Assembly: GCA_003141525.1 (NCBI GenBank)
Contig: PLML01000107.1
Span: 1-60,502, forward strand
Length of the DNA stretch: 60,502 bases
Source: Bacteroidales bacterium
Lineage (GTDB): Bacteria > Bacteroidota > Bacteroidia > Bacteroidales > VadinHA17
Direction of reading: 5' to 3'
A program made the translations under genes and the position numbers. Shown here piece after piece: positions 29,200-39,063 of the stretch (position 1 is its first letter; each line of letters starts with the position of its first letter). A model generated the notes under the pieces. That model worked only from the letters and a program-made list of their open reading frames with translations, was not told where the DNA came from and searched no databases.

Positions 29200-31284
29200 T
29201 TGAAGGATAATAAAATTCCGATCAGTCTGATTATTGTTGCAATCCTTTTATTTATCTACAGGGGTTCAATTCCGTTTTTCAAATATCCTTTCATTGTTTT
29301 ATACGCTGGACTGATAGCTTTTTCTTTTAAACAAATAAAGACTTCTTCAAAAAAAATATTCACATTCGATTTTTTCAAACAATACGCCCTGGTAATTGTA
29401 TCCTTTTTACTGTTTGTCTTTTCCTTTTTTATAACTAAAAAAATATATTTAGTAACAGTTAAGGATCTCACGAATATGCTTTTTCTTTTCTCCTTTTTTA
29501 TTCTAATGCTAATGTATATTGACAGTGAAGAAGAACTTACTTTTTTCGTGAATAATCTTGTAAAGCTAATTGTCATATTTGCATTTGTGATTTCCCTTGA
29601 TGAGCTTGGAAATGTTTTTTTTATCTTTTCACATGAAAACTTATCCTTAAAATTGGACTATAATTTTGAAATTCTTCCAATTCTCTTCGGGATGATCGGC
29701 TTGCTCTATTTTATACTTAAAGCCAAATCTATAATTGCAGAATTCTTTTATGGATTATTGCTATCCATTTTTGCTATAAGTATTATAATTTCAGGCTCTA
29801 GGCGTGGAATGATCGTACTTGTTATTGTTTTGGCTTTGCTTATAATAATTCAGATAATTTTCACAGGCAAAAAAGATCATGTTATCAAAAAGCTTAGAAC
29901 CTCCTTATCGTTTTTTGCTTTGGGTATGCTTTTATTTGCCTCTTTATCATACCTTTTTATCTTTCATACTTCGAGTTCCTTCAAGAACAGGACACTTATG
30001 GCGTTAGGCACAAAGAATTTATATGCTGCCAAGGATCGAATAACCACATCAGCTACACGTTATGCAATAGCTTTTAATAAAAACTACACTTTTGATGATA
30101 TTCATAAGTTATTATGGTCCCCCTTCTTCGATCCAAAAGATCCTGATAGCGGCTGGGGTTATAGAAAGCATACAACAACTTACCCCTTGTCAGGAGATAA
30201 TGTTGAGATTGTTCCTGAGGGTGCGAGAGGATATTTATTGGATCAGGCTAGTGGTGCAATTGAATGGGGAGGTAATTCTTATACATTTACAAAATTATAT
30301 ACCACTAAAATCCATGATTCAGAGGAAGTGGAAGCCTCAATATATTGTTATGTTTCAAAAGATTTTAATGGTGACTGGACTCGAATGATTCTATCGCCGG
30401 ATAATCTGACATGGTTGGGTTCGGCTACTTATGATCCTGATAAGAAAGGAACCTGGCAAAAGCTTTCAGTAACAACAACCTGTAAAGAAAAAGAAGTGTC
30501 CATGTTTTTATATTTCTGTAAGAATGGAGTGTCTGATTTTAAAACCCTTAAGGGGTATGTTGTGTTCTCTTACCCACAAATGAATATTATCTCAAAAAAG
30601 GATTCAATTCATACAGGAATTTCAGGTAATCAGGTATCGATAACCTGTGAGGCGGATATTTATTCCGGGAAAAATATAAAAAGCAGAACATTTCCCTATG
30701 CAATGAACACAGAAGAAGCATCGTTTGACTTTTCGCATCTTTCTCTCACAAATTATATATTAACTGTGAAAGAGACTGATCCTTTAAGATACTGGATTTC
30801 AAAATTTATTTCAGAAGATACAACATACTTCAAATACAGGGCAAATATTGAGGTTGACACTGTCTCAAATCCTTTTGTTGATCCGAGAAGCGGACGCTGG
30901 CAATTCGCACTTCAGATATTTACAAAGGAGTATAATTGGTCTCAAAAAATATTTGGCGGCGGCTTTAATTTTCTTAACTGGTATGGTTATTATTTTCTTA
31001 AAGACAAAACAGTAAGCGACTGGCCACATAATCCCTTTTTATCCATTCTTTTATACTCCGGTTTAATTGGGTTACTAATTTATTGTTATTTTATTTATAA
31101 GGTTTTTTATTACTATTTAAAATACAGAAAAGAGTATCCTCTCCTGATTATTTTCTTTCTTATAACTTTCTTTTTTGCTTTTTTCAGTGCAGGCAGTCCA
31201 TTAGATCCTCCTATTATGGGATTTTTTGTTATCCTGCCTTTCTTTATAGATGCGATTTATAAAAAGGAAAAACAACTCAAATAG
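29200..31284 (+). CDS. O-antigen-ligase-family membrane protein with a large soluble insertion (TTG start)
   Basis: TM helices, SGSRRG, about 350-aa hydrophilic insert, then PHNPFLSILLYSGLIG and further TM helices. Confidence 0.7.
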   Translation: MKDNKIPISLIIVAILLFIYRGSIPFFKYPFIVLYAGLIAFSFKQIKTSSKKIFTFDFFKQYALVIVSFLLFVFSFFITKKIYLVTVKDLTNMLFLFSFFILMLMYIDSEEELTFFVNNLVKLIVIFAFVISLDELGNVFFIFSHENLSLKLDYNFEILPILFGMIGLLYFILKAKSIIAEFFYGLLLSIFAISIIISGSRRGMIVLVIVLALLIIIQIIFTGKKDHVIKKLRTSLSFFALGMLLFASLSYLFIFHTSSSFKNRTLMALGTKNLYAAKDRITTSATRYAIAFNKNYTFDDIHKLLWSPFFDPKDPDSGWGYRKHTTTYPLSGDNVEIVPEGARGYLLDQASGAIEWGGNSYTFTKLYTTKIHDSEEVEASIYCYVSKDFNGDWTRMILSPDNLTWLGSATYDPDKKGTWQKLSVTTTCKEKEVSMFLYFCKNGVSDFKTLKGYVVFSYPQMNIISKKDSIHTGISGNQVSITCEADIYSGKNIKSRTFPYAMNTEEASFDFSHLSLTNYILTVKETDPLRYWISKFISEDTTYFKYRANIEVDTVSNPFVDPRSGRWQFALQIFTKEYNWSQKIFGGGFNFLNWYGYYFLKDKTVSDWPHNPFLSILLYSGLIGLLIYCYFIYKVFYYYLKYRKEYPLLIIFFLITFFFAFFSAGSPLDPPIMGFFVILPFFIDAIYKKEKQLK

Positions 31285-31295
31285 AATAAAGTAGA

Positions 31296-31380
31296 TGGAA
31301 TAATGGAATGAAGAAATGCTGGAATGATAGTTTTCCAATCTTCCAATTTTCCAATCTTCCAATCTTCCAATCTTCCATTA
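31296..31380. repeat. Paired 8-bp tandem arrays in inverted orientation
   Basis: tggaataa tggaatga agaaatgc tggaatga, then ttccaatc ttccaatt ttccaatc ttccaatc ttccaatc ttccatta. Confidence 0.85.
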
Positions 31381-31401
31381 CTAATATATAGAAACATATA
31401 A

Positions 31402-32046
31402 ATGAAAGAAAATCAATCATTTTGGGATCGTTACGCATCTGACTTTGATGCAATTTATGGTACAAAAAACTCATGGTTAAATAATGTCATAAACAAGCTT
31501 TTCAGAGGCTCAATGAAAATGCGTTTTGAAAAAACTATGCAGATAATTCCTGATGAAAATGTGTCTGTTATTGATATAGGCTGTGGCCCGGGTCATTATT
31601 GTTTTTCTTTGGTACAATCCGGACAAAGGGAAATTCTAGGAATCGATTTTTCTGAAAAGATGATCAGATTGGCTATGGATCACGCTTTAGAATTAGGAAT
31701 CGAAAAGAGACTAAAGTTTGAGGTTCTGAATTTTTTAGAATTTGAACCTGAGAAAAAATATGACTACAGCATAATGATGGGATTTATCGAATACTTCGAA
31801 CAACCTGAGATAATAATTAAAAAGGCCCGTGATATTACAAGCCGGAAAATTTTAATCAGTTTCCCGGTTGCTGGTGGGTTATTAGCTTTTCAGAGAAGAC
31901 TGAGGTACAAACGAAGATGTTATTTGCGGTTATATAGTCATGATGATATAAAAGAATTGATGAAAGGACTGAATATAAACACTTTCAAAATAGAAAAAAT
32001 CCAGAGAGACTTCTTTGTAACAATTGACATGAGCCAGGTATCATGA
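31402..32046 (+). CDS. Class I SAM-dependent methyltransferase
   Basis: IDIGCGPG, GIDFS. Confidence 0.85.
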   Translation: MKENQSFWDRYASDFDAIYGTKNSWLNNVINKLFRGSMKMRFEKTMQIIPDENVSVIDIGCGPGHYCFSLVQSGQREILGIDFSEKMIRLAMDHALELGIEKRLKFEVLNFLEFEPEKKYDYSIMMGFIEYFEQPEIIIKKARDITSRKILISFPVAGGLLAFQRRLRYKRRCYLRLYSHDDIKELMKGLNINTFKIEKIQRDFFVTIDMSQVS

Positions 32047-32918
32047 ATGCAATAATGTCCATTGACGTCGAAGAATGGTTTCACATCCCCAAAGGTTTGG
32101 ATAATTATCTGCCTTTTACAGAATGGAACTCTGCTCAGCAAAGAGTTCAACATGTGCTTCCAAGAATGTGGGATATATTTGAGAAGAATAATGTATTTGC
32201 CACATTTTTCTTTCTGGGCTGGATAGCAGAAAAACATCCTGACCTGGTAAAAGAAACCCTTCTGAGGGGTCATGAAATTGCGACTCACGGATTTGCTCAT
32301 AAAATGATCTACAACCAGTCACCCGATGAATTTAGCGCGGACATTTATAAAGCAAAATCTGTTTTGGAAAACATAACCGGTAAGAAAGTAATTGGGTACA
32401 GAGCCCCTGGCTTCTCGATTGTACATGAAACTGAATGGGCCTTTGATATCCTTGCTGAACATGGAATTAAGTACGATTCTTCAATATTCCCCGGTAAAAG
32501 ATTCTATGGGCATTATGACAAATTTAATAAAGAGCCAACAATTGTTAATACCAAGTATGACGAAATTATAGAATTTCCCCAGACTCTGGTAGATTTTGGC
32601 TTATTTAAGCTATCATTTTTTGGAGGAGGGTATTTCAGACTATTTCCCAAACAAATCTTCATGAAAATGGCCGGGATTATTAATAAAAACAATTTGCCAT
32701 TGATCTTATATATTCATCCCAGGGATATTGATGTCGATCAGCCGCAAATCCCATACCCATTTCTCAAAAAAATCAGACATTACATCAATATTCCAAAGAC
32801 AGAACAAAAGCTTGATGAGATTACCAGTTGTTTTAACTTCAAGAGCTTTGAAATGGTGATATCTGATGTCGCATTTATCGAATCGTTGAAGCATACAACC
32901 TGTAACATGAAATCGTGA
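32043..32918 (+). CDS. Polysaccharide deacetylase (CE4, DUF3473-type)
   Basis: SIDVEEWF, ATFF, HEIATHGFAH, GYRAP, YDSS, GGGYFR, YIHP. Confidence 0.88.
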   Translation: MNAIMSIDVEEWFHIPKGLDNYLPFTEWNSAQQRVQHVLPRMWDIFEKNNVFATFFFLGWIAEKHPDLVKETLLRGHEIATHGFAHKMIYNQSPDEFSADIYKAKSVLENITGKKVIGYRAPGFSIVHETEWAFDILAEHGIKYDSSIFPGKRFYGHYDKFNKEPTIVNTKYDEIIEFPQTLVDFGLFKLSFFGGGYFRLFPKQIFMKMAGIINKNNLPLILYIHPRDIDVDQPQIPYPFLKKIRHYINIPKTEQKLDEITSCFNFKSFEMVISDVAFIESLKHTTCNMKS

Positions 32919-32925
32919 CCTTTGA

Positions 32926-33717
32926 ATGATAAATCCGAAAATATCAATTATCACTGTCTCTTTTAATAGCGTAAAAACTATATGTGACACTATTGAATCA
33001 GTTCTATCCCAGACATATCCTGATATTGAGTATATAATACTTGATGGTTCTTCATCTGATGGTACTGTTGAATTAGTAAATTCTTTTGGCAGCAGAATTT
33101 CAAAGTTCATATCCGAGCCAGATAAGGGTATTTATGATGCAATAAACAAAGGGATCAGGATTGCAACAGGAAATATTATCGGGATTTTACATTCTGATGA
33201 TTTTTTTTACAGTAATAATGTAATTGAAAAGGTCGCAGATTCGTTCAATGAATATGAAATTGATGCTGTTTTTGGAGATGCCCAGTTTGTCGATCCGATA
33301 AACACTTCAAAAATTGTCAGGTATTATTCTTCAAAACTTTTCAGCATAACCAGATTTAAATTCGGGTATATGCCTGCTCACCCAAGCTTTTATGTGAAAA
33401 AGGAATTTTTTGAAAAACTTGGATATTATAAAGTGGATTATAAAATCGCGGCTGATTTCGAATTATTAGTTCGTTTTCTATATATAAATAAAATAAAGTA
33501 TAAGTATCTGAATATACCTTTTATTTCTATGAGGACCGGTGGAATTAGCAATAGATCAATCCATAGCAAATATATTCTTAATAAGGAAATTGCCAGAGCT
33601 TGCAAAGAAAATGGAATAAAAACAAATTATTTTTTCATTTATTCAAAATACTTTTCAAAGCTGTTCGAGTTTATGTTTAATAACAATGACAAAGGTACTG
33701 ATCACAGGCTCAAATAG
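32926..33717 (+). CDS. GT2 glycosyltransferase (WcaE-like, possible fucosyltransferase)
   Basis: SIITVSFN, EPDKGIYDA, HSDD, MPAHP, AADFE. Confidence 0.88.
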   Translation: MINPKISIITVSFNSVKTICDTIESVLSQTYPDIEYIILDGSSSDGTVELVNSFGSRISKFISEPDKGIYDAINKGIRIATGNIIGILHSDDFFYSNNVIEKVADSFNEYEIDAVFGDAQFVDPINTSKIVRYYSSKLFSITRFKFGYMPAHPSFYVKKEFFEKLGYYKVDYKIAADFELLVRFLYINKIKYKYLNIPFISMRTGGISNRSIHSKYILNKEIARACKENGIKTNYFFIYSKYFSKLFEFMFNNNDKGTDHRLK

Positions 33718-34576
33718 TTTTGTCGGTTCAAATTTTCGAAGATTTTCACAGTACAAAGATATTGTGGAGGTATCATTGTTAAATAACCGGCCTGAAGATA
33801 TTGAATTCAATAAGTATGACGTTGTCTTGCATCTGGCAGCAATTGTTCATCAGTCAAAAAAAATAAAAGAACAGGAGTATTATCTCATAAACAGGGATCT
33901 TTGCCTGAGGGTTGCAGAGCTGGCCAGGAGAGCAGGGGTCAAACAATTTATCTTTTTAAGTACTGTGAAGGTATATGGAAAATTTGTTCAAGGTTCTGAT
34001 CCCTGGAATGAAGATTCTTATTGCCATCCGGAGGACGCATATGGAAAAAGTAAATATGAAGCTGAACTTGCATTAAGAAAGCTTGAGGATTTAGGATTCA
34101 CAGTTTCAATAGTAAGAACTCCTATAGTATACGGACCAGGGGTTAAGGCAAATATGCTAAGATTGATCAGACTTATTGAGAAAGTTCCTGTACTACCTTT
34201 TAAAAACGTAAATAATAGCAGATGCTACACTTACAGTGGAAATTTAATTGGTTATATTGACAGGATTATTGAAATTAATGCTTCAGGTATTTTTTTAGTG
34301 ATGGATGATTCATCTCTGTCTACAACTGATTTGGTGACATTTCTGGCTAAGTTTCTTGGTAAAAGAATCGTTTTGTACAAGGTCCCTGAACTGTTTGTGA
34401 GATTTCTGCTTTCAGTCAAAACTGGCGCTGTTGACCGGTTATTTGGATCATTTTTTCTGGATAATAGTAAAACAAAGGAATTTTTAAAATATAAGCCCCT
34501 TTTCTCAAATGAAGAGGGAATTGGGAAGATGATTTCATATTATCTTGAGACCAAAGCATCAAAATATTTGAATTGA
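33686..34576 (+). CDS. NAD-dependent epimerase/reductase (UDP-sugar 4-reductase-like)
   Basis: TGSNSFVG, HLAAIVH, STVKVYG, YGKSK, VYGPGVKAN. Confidence 0.85.
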   Translation: MTKVLITGSNSFVGSNFRRFSQYKDIVEVSLLNNRPEDIEFNKYDVVLHLAAIVHQSKKIKEQEYYLINRDLCLRVAELARRAGVKQFIFLSTVKVYGKFVQGSDPWNEDSYCHPEDAYGKSKYEAELALRKLEDLGFTVSIVRTPIVYGPGVKANMLRLIRLIEKVPVLPFKNVNNSRCYTYSGNLIGYIDRIIEINASGIFLVMDDSSLSTTDLVTFLAKFLGKRIVLYKVPELFVRFLLSVKTGAVDRLFGSFFLDNSKTKEFLKYKPLFSNEEGIGKMISYYLETKASKYLN

Positions 34577-34622
34577 TTCTAAAACAGGTTTTGGTAGAAT
34601 TTTTTTTTAAATACCCGAATAT

Positions 34623-35630
34623 TTGATTCTCTTCTTATTATTAAGCATTATTTTTTTTCTGGGATTTCTTTCCTACCTTCTTACATATCTGATCAGGAAT
34701 TTTGCTATCAGGAACAGAATGGTAGAAATTCCCAATGAAAGAAGTCTGCATGATATTCCAGTGCCAAAAGGTGGCGGAGTTGCAATTACGCTTACGTGGT
34801 ACATCGGAATAACAATATTGTTTTTTCTAGGGGTCATCGAACGTAGTTTGTATTTCGCCCTGCTAAGTGGAATCATGATCGCTTTAGTGAGTCTGATCGA
34901 TGATATAAAAGGTCTTAAACCTATTATCCGCCTTATAGTTCATTTCTTAACAGCTATTTTGGCTTTTTACTTTTTGAAGGGCCTTCGACCATTGGTAATG
35001 CCTGAAATTAGCTTTAATTATAACTACCTTATCTATCCTTTAGCAATAATTGGAATGGTATGGTTTATAAATCTGTTTAACTTCATGGATGGAGTGGATG
35101 GTTTTGCCTCTGTTGAAGTTATAACCATTTCTGCAGTCCTGTTTGTAATGTCCTGGAATATAATAACCATTTTATTGATTGTATGTGTGACGGGCTTTTT
35201 GTGCTGGAACTGGCCTAAAGCAAAAATATTTATGGGTGATGTCGGAAGTACTCAGCTTGGTTTTGTACTGATTGTTCTTGGAATATATTTTCATAATACT
35301 TTAGAGTTTTCAATTCTTAACTGGATAATGCTGACCTCTCCATTTTGGTTCGATGCCACGCTGACCTTATTCAGAAGGTGGCGAAATAAGGAGAAATTAA
35401 GTGAAGCGCATCGTAAACATGTTTATCAAAGGATAGTTCAGGCGGGTTTTTCTCATAAAAAAGTTAACATATTTCTGATTCTTATAAATCTGTTTATTAT
35501 AGCTCTGATTATATTATACCGGGAATTTAAATTTTTGCAAATCCCACTTTTCGGACTTAGTCTTTTAGTTTTCTACCTTATTACCAAAACTATTGACCGC
35601 AGAGTTCCCTTCGAAAAGAAAAAGGAATGA
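34623..35630 (+). CDS. MraY/WecA/WbpL-family undecaprenyl-phosphate sugar-1-phosphate transferase (TTG start)
   Basis: PNERSLH..P.GGG, IDD, NFMDGVDG, FMGDVGS, HRKH. Confidence 0.9.
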   Translation: MILFLLLSIIFFLGFLSYLLTYLIRNFAIRNRMVEIPNERSLHDIPVPKGGGVAITLTWYIGITILFFLGVIERSLYFALLSGIMIALVSLIDDIKGLKPIIRLIVHFLTAILAFYFLKGLRPLVMPEISFNYNYLIYPLAIIGMVWFINLFNFMDGVDGFASVEVITISAVLFVMSWNIITILLIVCVTGFLCWNWPKAKIFMGDVGSTQLGFVLIVLGIYFHNTLEFSILNWIMLTSPFWFDATLTLFRRWRNKEKLSEAHRKHVYQRIVQAGFSHKKVNIFLILINLFIIALIILYREFKFLQIPLFGLSLLVFYLITKTIDRRVPFEKKKE

Positions 35631-36937
35631 AGAAAATCGAATTTAAATTCTTTACCAATATTCTGCTGCGATCTGAGTTGTTGCGAAGTGCTTCAATATT
35701 GATAACAGGCACTGTAATTGCCCAGTTGATCTCTATTCTTCTGCAACCGTTCCTGAGACGGTTCTTCTCACCTCAGATATTCGGGATTTATTCAGTTTAT
35801 TGGAGTTTGATAGGTATCATAATAGTGATTTCTTCCCTCCGATATGACGATGCCATTGTTCTTCCCAAAACAGATAAAGAATCGGCAAACGTTTTAGGAT
35901 TGTCACTTATATTCAGCTTCTGTTTCGATCTCCTTCTTTTTTTAATAGTTCTAATAATGGGTGGTAAGATCATAACATTTCTGAATCTTCCGTCAACCTT
36001 TCCTGTTTGGATATTATATATCATTCCCCTAAGCGCTTTTCTTTATAATTCTTCTCAGTGTCTTAATTATTGGCTGGTAAGGAAAAAAAAGTTTTATGCA
36101 GTTTCAGTAAATAAATTGACCAGAAGAAGCGCAGAAGGAATTTCGCAGGTAAGCTTTGCGTTGATAAGGAATTATAATGGATTAATTTACAGTGATATAG
36201 TTGGCCAGACAGCGAATGTTCTCACTGTTATATATCAAACCTTTAAAAATGGTCTGACATTCAGATCAATAAGCCTGATCAAGCTAAAATATGTATTTAA
36301 AAAGTATAAGGATTTTCCAAAATTCAACCTTATCCCTGCATTTATGAGCACGTGCAGTTTCATGTTACCTCCTATTTTTATTAATAAATTTTTTTCATCC
36401 GAATCTGCAGGTTATTTTGATCTCGCCAAGCTCTTGCTATCAGTTCCTTTGGGTCTTGTTGCAACAGCTTTTTCAAGTGTTTTACTTCAGCGTATTTCTG
36501 AGAAATTTAATAAAAGAGCCAGTTTCTTATCTGACCTCAGACCTGTTATTATCATCGTAAGCCTTATTTCTTTGATTGAAATAATTGCAATTACTTTTTT
36601 TGGAGAAATGCTTTTTAAAATAGTATTCGGCGATATATGGATATTTTCAGGAAAAATTTCCAGAATTCTGGTATGGTCATTTTCTTTTAATTTCATTGTT
36701 TCAACCTTTACCACAATCTTTGTCTCAATGAGACGAATAAAGACATATAGCATGTATCAGCTATTCTACTTCACAGCTATACTTTCCCTTCTGTTTTTCA
36801 AAAGCCTGGGATTCGTTGAGTTTCTTAAAATTTATGTAATCATAGAGGTCATTTGTTATAGCGTACTCACTTGCATTATGGTATTTATAATTACCAGGTA
36901 CGAACATTCATTAAAGGTAAGTCAGCTACATTTATAA
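35627..36937 (+). CDS. wzx: Wzx-type flippase (second copy)
   Basis: GTVIAQ, LRYDDAI, multiple TM segments. Confidence 0.8.
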   Translation: MKKIEFKFFTNILLRSELLRSASILITGTVIAQLISILLQPFLRRFFSPQIFGIYSVYWSLIGIIIVISSLRYDDAIVLPKTDKESANVLGLSLIFSFCFDLLLFLIVLIMGGKIITFLNLPSTFPVWILYIIPLSAFLYNSSQCLNYWLVRKKKFYAVSVNKLTRRSAEGISQVSFALIRNYNGLIYSDIVGQTANVLTVIYQTFKNGLTFRSISLIKLKYVFKKYKDFPKFNLIPAFMSTCSFMLPPIFINKFFSSESAGYFDLAKLLLSVPLGLVATAFSSVLLQRISEKFNKRASFLSDLRPVIIIVSLISLIEIIAITFFGEMLFKIVFGDIWIFSGKISRILVWSFSFNFIVSTFTTIFVSMRRIKTYSMYQLFYFTAILSLLFFKSLGFVEFLKIYVIIEVICYSVLTCIMVFIITRYEHSLKVSQLHL

Positions 36938-36981
36938 GCATTTATCCTCTTTCCTGTGGTCATCAAGTTTTAATTTGTAGT

Positions 36982-38193
36982 ATGAGCTTTAAGTTATTTA
37001 GTATAAGTTCGATGTATCAGGGATACCTTGACTCATTTTACAGGAAAAATCCACAAACAAAAGAACTGGTGTATAATGATCACCTGAATCTATTGATGAA
37101 TGACGCCACGGAATTTGCTGCATCTTATATAAGGAACTTCCGGAATCTTGGAATAGAAACAAAGTGTGTGATTTCAAACGATAATCTTTTACAACGCAAA
37201 TGGAAGTCGGAAAACAAACTGAACTCAGATAAAAACAGTGATATTCTGTTTGAACAAATCAATTCATTTAAACCCGAGATCCTTTGGATTGAAGATTTAA
37301 GCCAATTAAACAGTGACTGGTTTAACAATGTGAGAAAAAAAATCAAAACTGTAAAATTAATAGTTGCTTATCATTGCGCTCCTTATAATAAGGTTCTTCT
37401 TGATAAGCTTAAAAATGTTGATTTTATTATTACATGTACCCCCGGTTTAAAACAGTCTTTTGAACAAGAAGGATTAAAAGCTTATCTGGTATATCATGGT
37501 TTTGATGCTGAATTGCTGAAAAGAGTCGAAAGGAGGGGTGATTCACATATTAAAAATCTTGTTTTTTCAGGTTCATTAATTACAGGTGGCAGATTTCACA
37601 ATTCAAGGATAAACCTTATTGAAAGTCTGATAAGAGAAAAGATCGACCTTGCTCTTTATGCTACTCTTGAAAAAAACTTTAGAATAAGGGCAAAACAACT
37701 AATTTTCAGTGTGACCGGCATTCTGAAAAAACTAAAAATGGAAAGTTTAGCTAATAAAATTCCATTTTTTGAACACGGTCAGTCTCCTGTTCAGGGCTAT
37801 TCTGATGCACTTAAAGGATCGAATCATCCATCTCTTTATGGTATCGGCATGTATAATCTGTTTAATACCTCAAAAATTGTTTTAAATATCCATATTGGCG
37901 TAGCGGCAGATTATGCCGGGAATATGAGGATGTTTGAAGTAACCGGAGTAGGCAGTTGTCTGCTCACAGATAACAAAAAGAATATGAAAGACCTTTTCGA
38001 AGTAAATAAGGAAGTAGTGGTATATGATAGCCCGGAAGACTGTATAGATAAGGTTAAGTGGCTTCTGCAGCACGAACATGAACGAGAAGAAATAGCCCGG
38101 TCGGGCCAGAGAAAAACACTGGAGATGCACACTGTTGAAAATAGATGCAAATCGATAATTGATATTATAAATAATGAATTATCGTTGTCTTAG
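36982..38193 (+). CDS. CgeB-like GT-B glycosyltransferase (ORF track starts at 36871)
   Basis: SKIVLNIH, NMRMFEVTG.G..LLTD, IARSGQ..TL..HT...R. Confidence 0.8.
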   Translation: MSFKLFSISSMYQGYLDSFYRKNPQTKELVYNDHLNLLMNDATEFAASYIRNFRNLGIETKCVISNDNLLQRKWKSENKLNSDKNSDILFEQINSFKPEILWIEDLSQLNSDWFNNVRKKIKTVKLIVAYHCAPYNKVLLDKLKNVDFIITCTPGLKQSFEQEGLKAYLVYHGFDAELLKRVERRGDSHIKNLVFSGSLITGGRFHNSRINLIESLIREKIDLALYATLEKNFRIRAKQLIFSVTGILKKLKMESLANKIPFFEHGQSPVQGYSDALKGSNHPSLYGIGMYNLFNTSKIVLNIHIGVAADYAGNMRMFEVTGVGSCLLTDNKKNMKDLFEVNKEVVVYDSPEDCIDKVKWLLQHEHEREEIARSGQRKTLEMHTVENRCKSIIDIINNELSLS

Positions 38194-38214
38194 CGATTGA
38201 AGCTTTCATAGAAG

Positions 38215-39012
38215 TTGATGAATAAAAAAGTAATTAAGGATTTAATCCCACCTGTTTTTCTGAGAAAGATAACCGGAATCTTCTACGGGTGGTACGGTAA
38301 TTTTTCTTCATGGGAGGAAGCAAAGAAAAATAGCTCAGGATATGATTCAAAGGAGATATTAAAAAAAGTGACAGGTTCAGCTTTAAAGGTGAAAAATGGA
38401 TTTGCTGTCTATGAAAGAGATTCACTGATCTTTGATCACATTGAGTATTCTTTTCCACTGTTATCGGGATTATTGTGGATAGCGGGACGGAACAATGGAA
38501 AACTGAATGTTATGGATTTTGGAGGATCACTGGGCAGCAGTTATTTTCAAAATAAATTTTTCCTTGATACTCTCTCAGACGTAAACTGGTGTATAGTTGA
38601 ACAACCTGAATTTGTTAAGACAGGAAGTGAAAAATTTGAGGATCAGAGACTTCATTTCTTCAATTCAATAGATGAATGCCTGAAATCCTGTGATGTTCAT
38701 TTGGTCTTATTATCAAGTGTTCTGCAATACATTGAGGAGCCTTATAGCTTGTTGGATAAAATAATAATGAAAAACCCTGAATACATAATAATTGACAGGA
38801 CGCCGTTTGTGAAAGGGAATGACAGAATTACAGTACAAACGGTAAATCCGAAAATATATAAGGGAAGTTATCCATGCTGGTTTTTCGATGAAGAAAAATT
38901 TATCTCTTCGCTGACGAGAGAATACAAATTAGTTCTGGAATTTGATGCACTTGACAAAGCAAATATTTCATCAGAATTCAAGGGATTTATTTTTCAAAAA
39001 TTAAATCATTAA
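38215..39012 (+). CDS. SAM-dependent methyltransferase (TIGR04325-like)
   Basis: YERDS, MDFGGSLGS, IVEQ, SSVLQY, IDRTP. Confidence 0.75.
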   Translation: MMNKKVIKDLIPPVFLRKITGIFYGWYGNFSSWEEAKKNSSGYDSKEILKKVTGSALKVKNGFAVYERDSLIFDHIEYSFPLLSGLLWIAGRNNGKLNVMDFGGSLGSSYFQNKFFLDTLSDVNWCIVEQPEFVKTGSEKFEDQRLHFFNSIDECLKSCDVHLVLLSSVLQYIEEPYSLLDKIIMKNPEYIIIDRTPFVKGNDRITVQTVNPKIYKGSYPCWFFDEEKFISSLTREYKLVLEFDALDKANISSEFKGFIFQKLNH

Positions 39013-39063
39013 AATCCCAGATAGAATTAACCTCCTGAGAAATTTTCTTAACTTAAATGAATC

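Noticed and set aside
31277-31474. Minus-strand 65-aa ORF with WKIG repeats
   Set aside because: It is a translation of the 8-bp repeat array and overlaps the starts/ends of real + strand genes.
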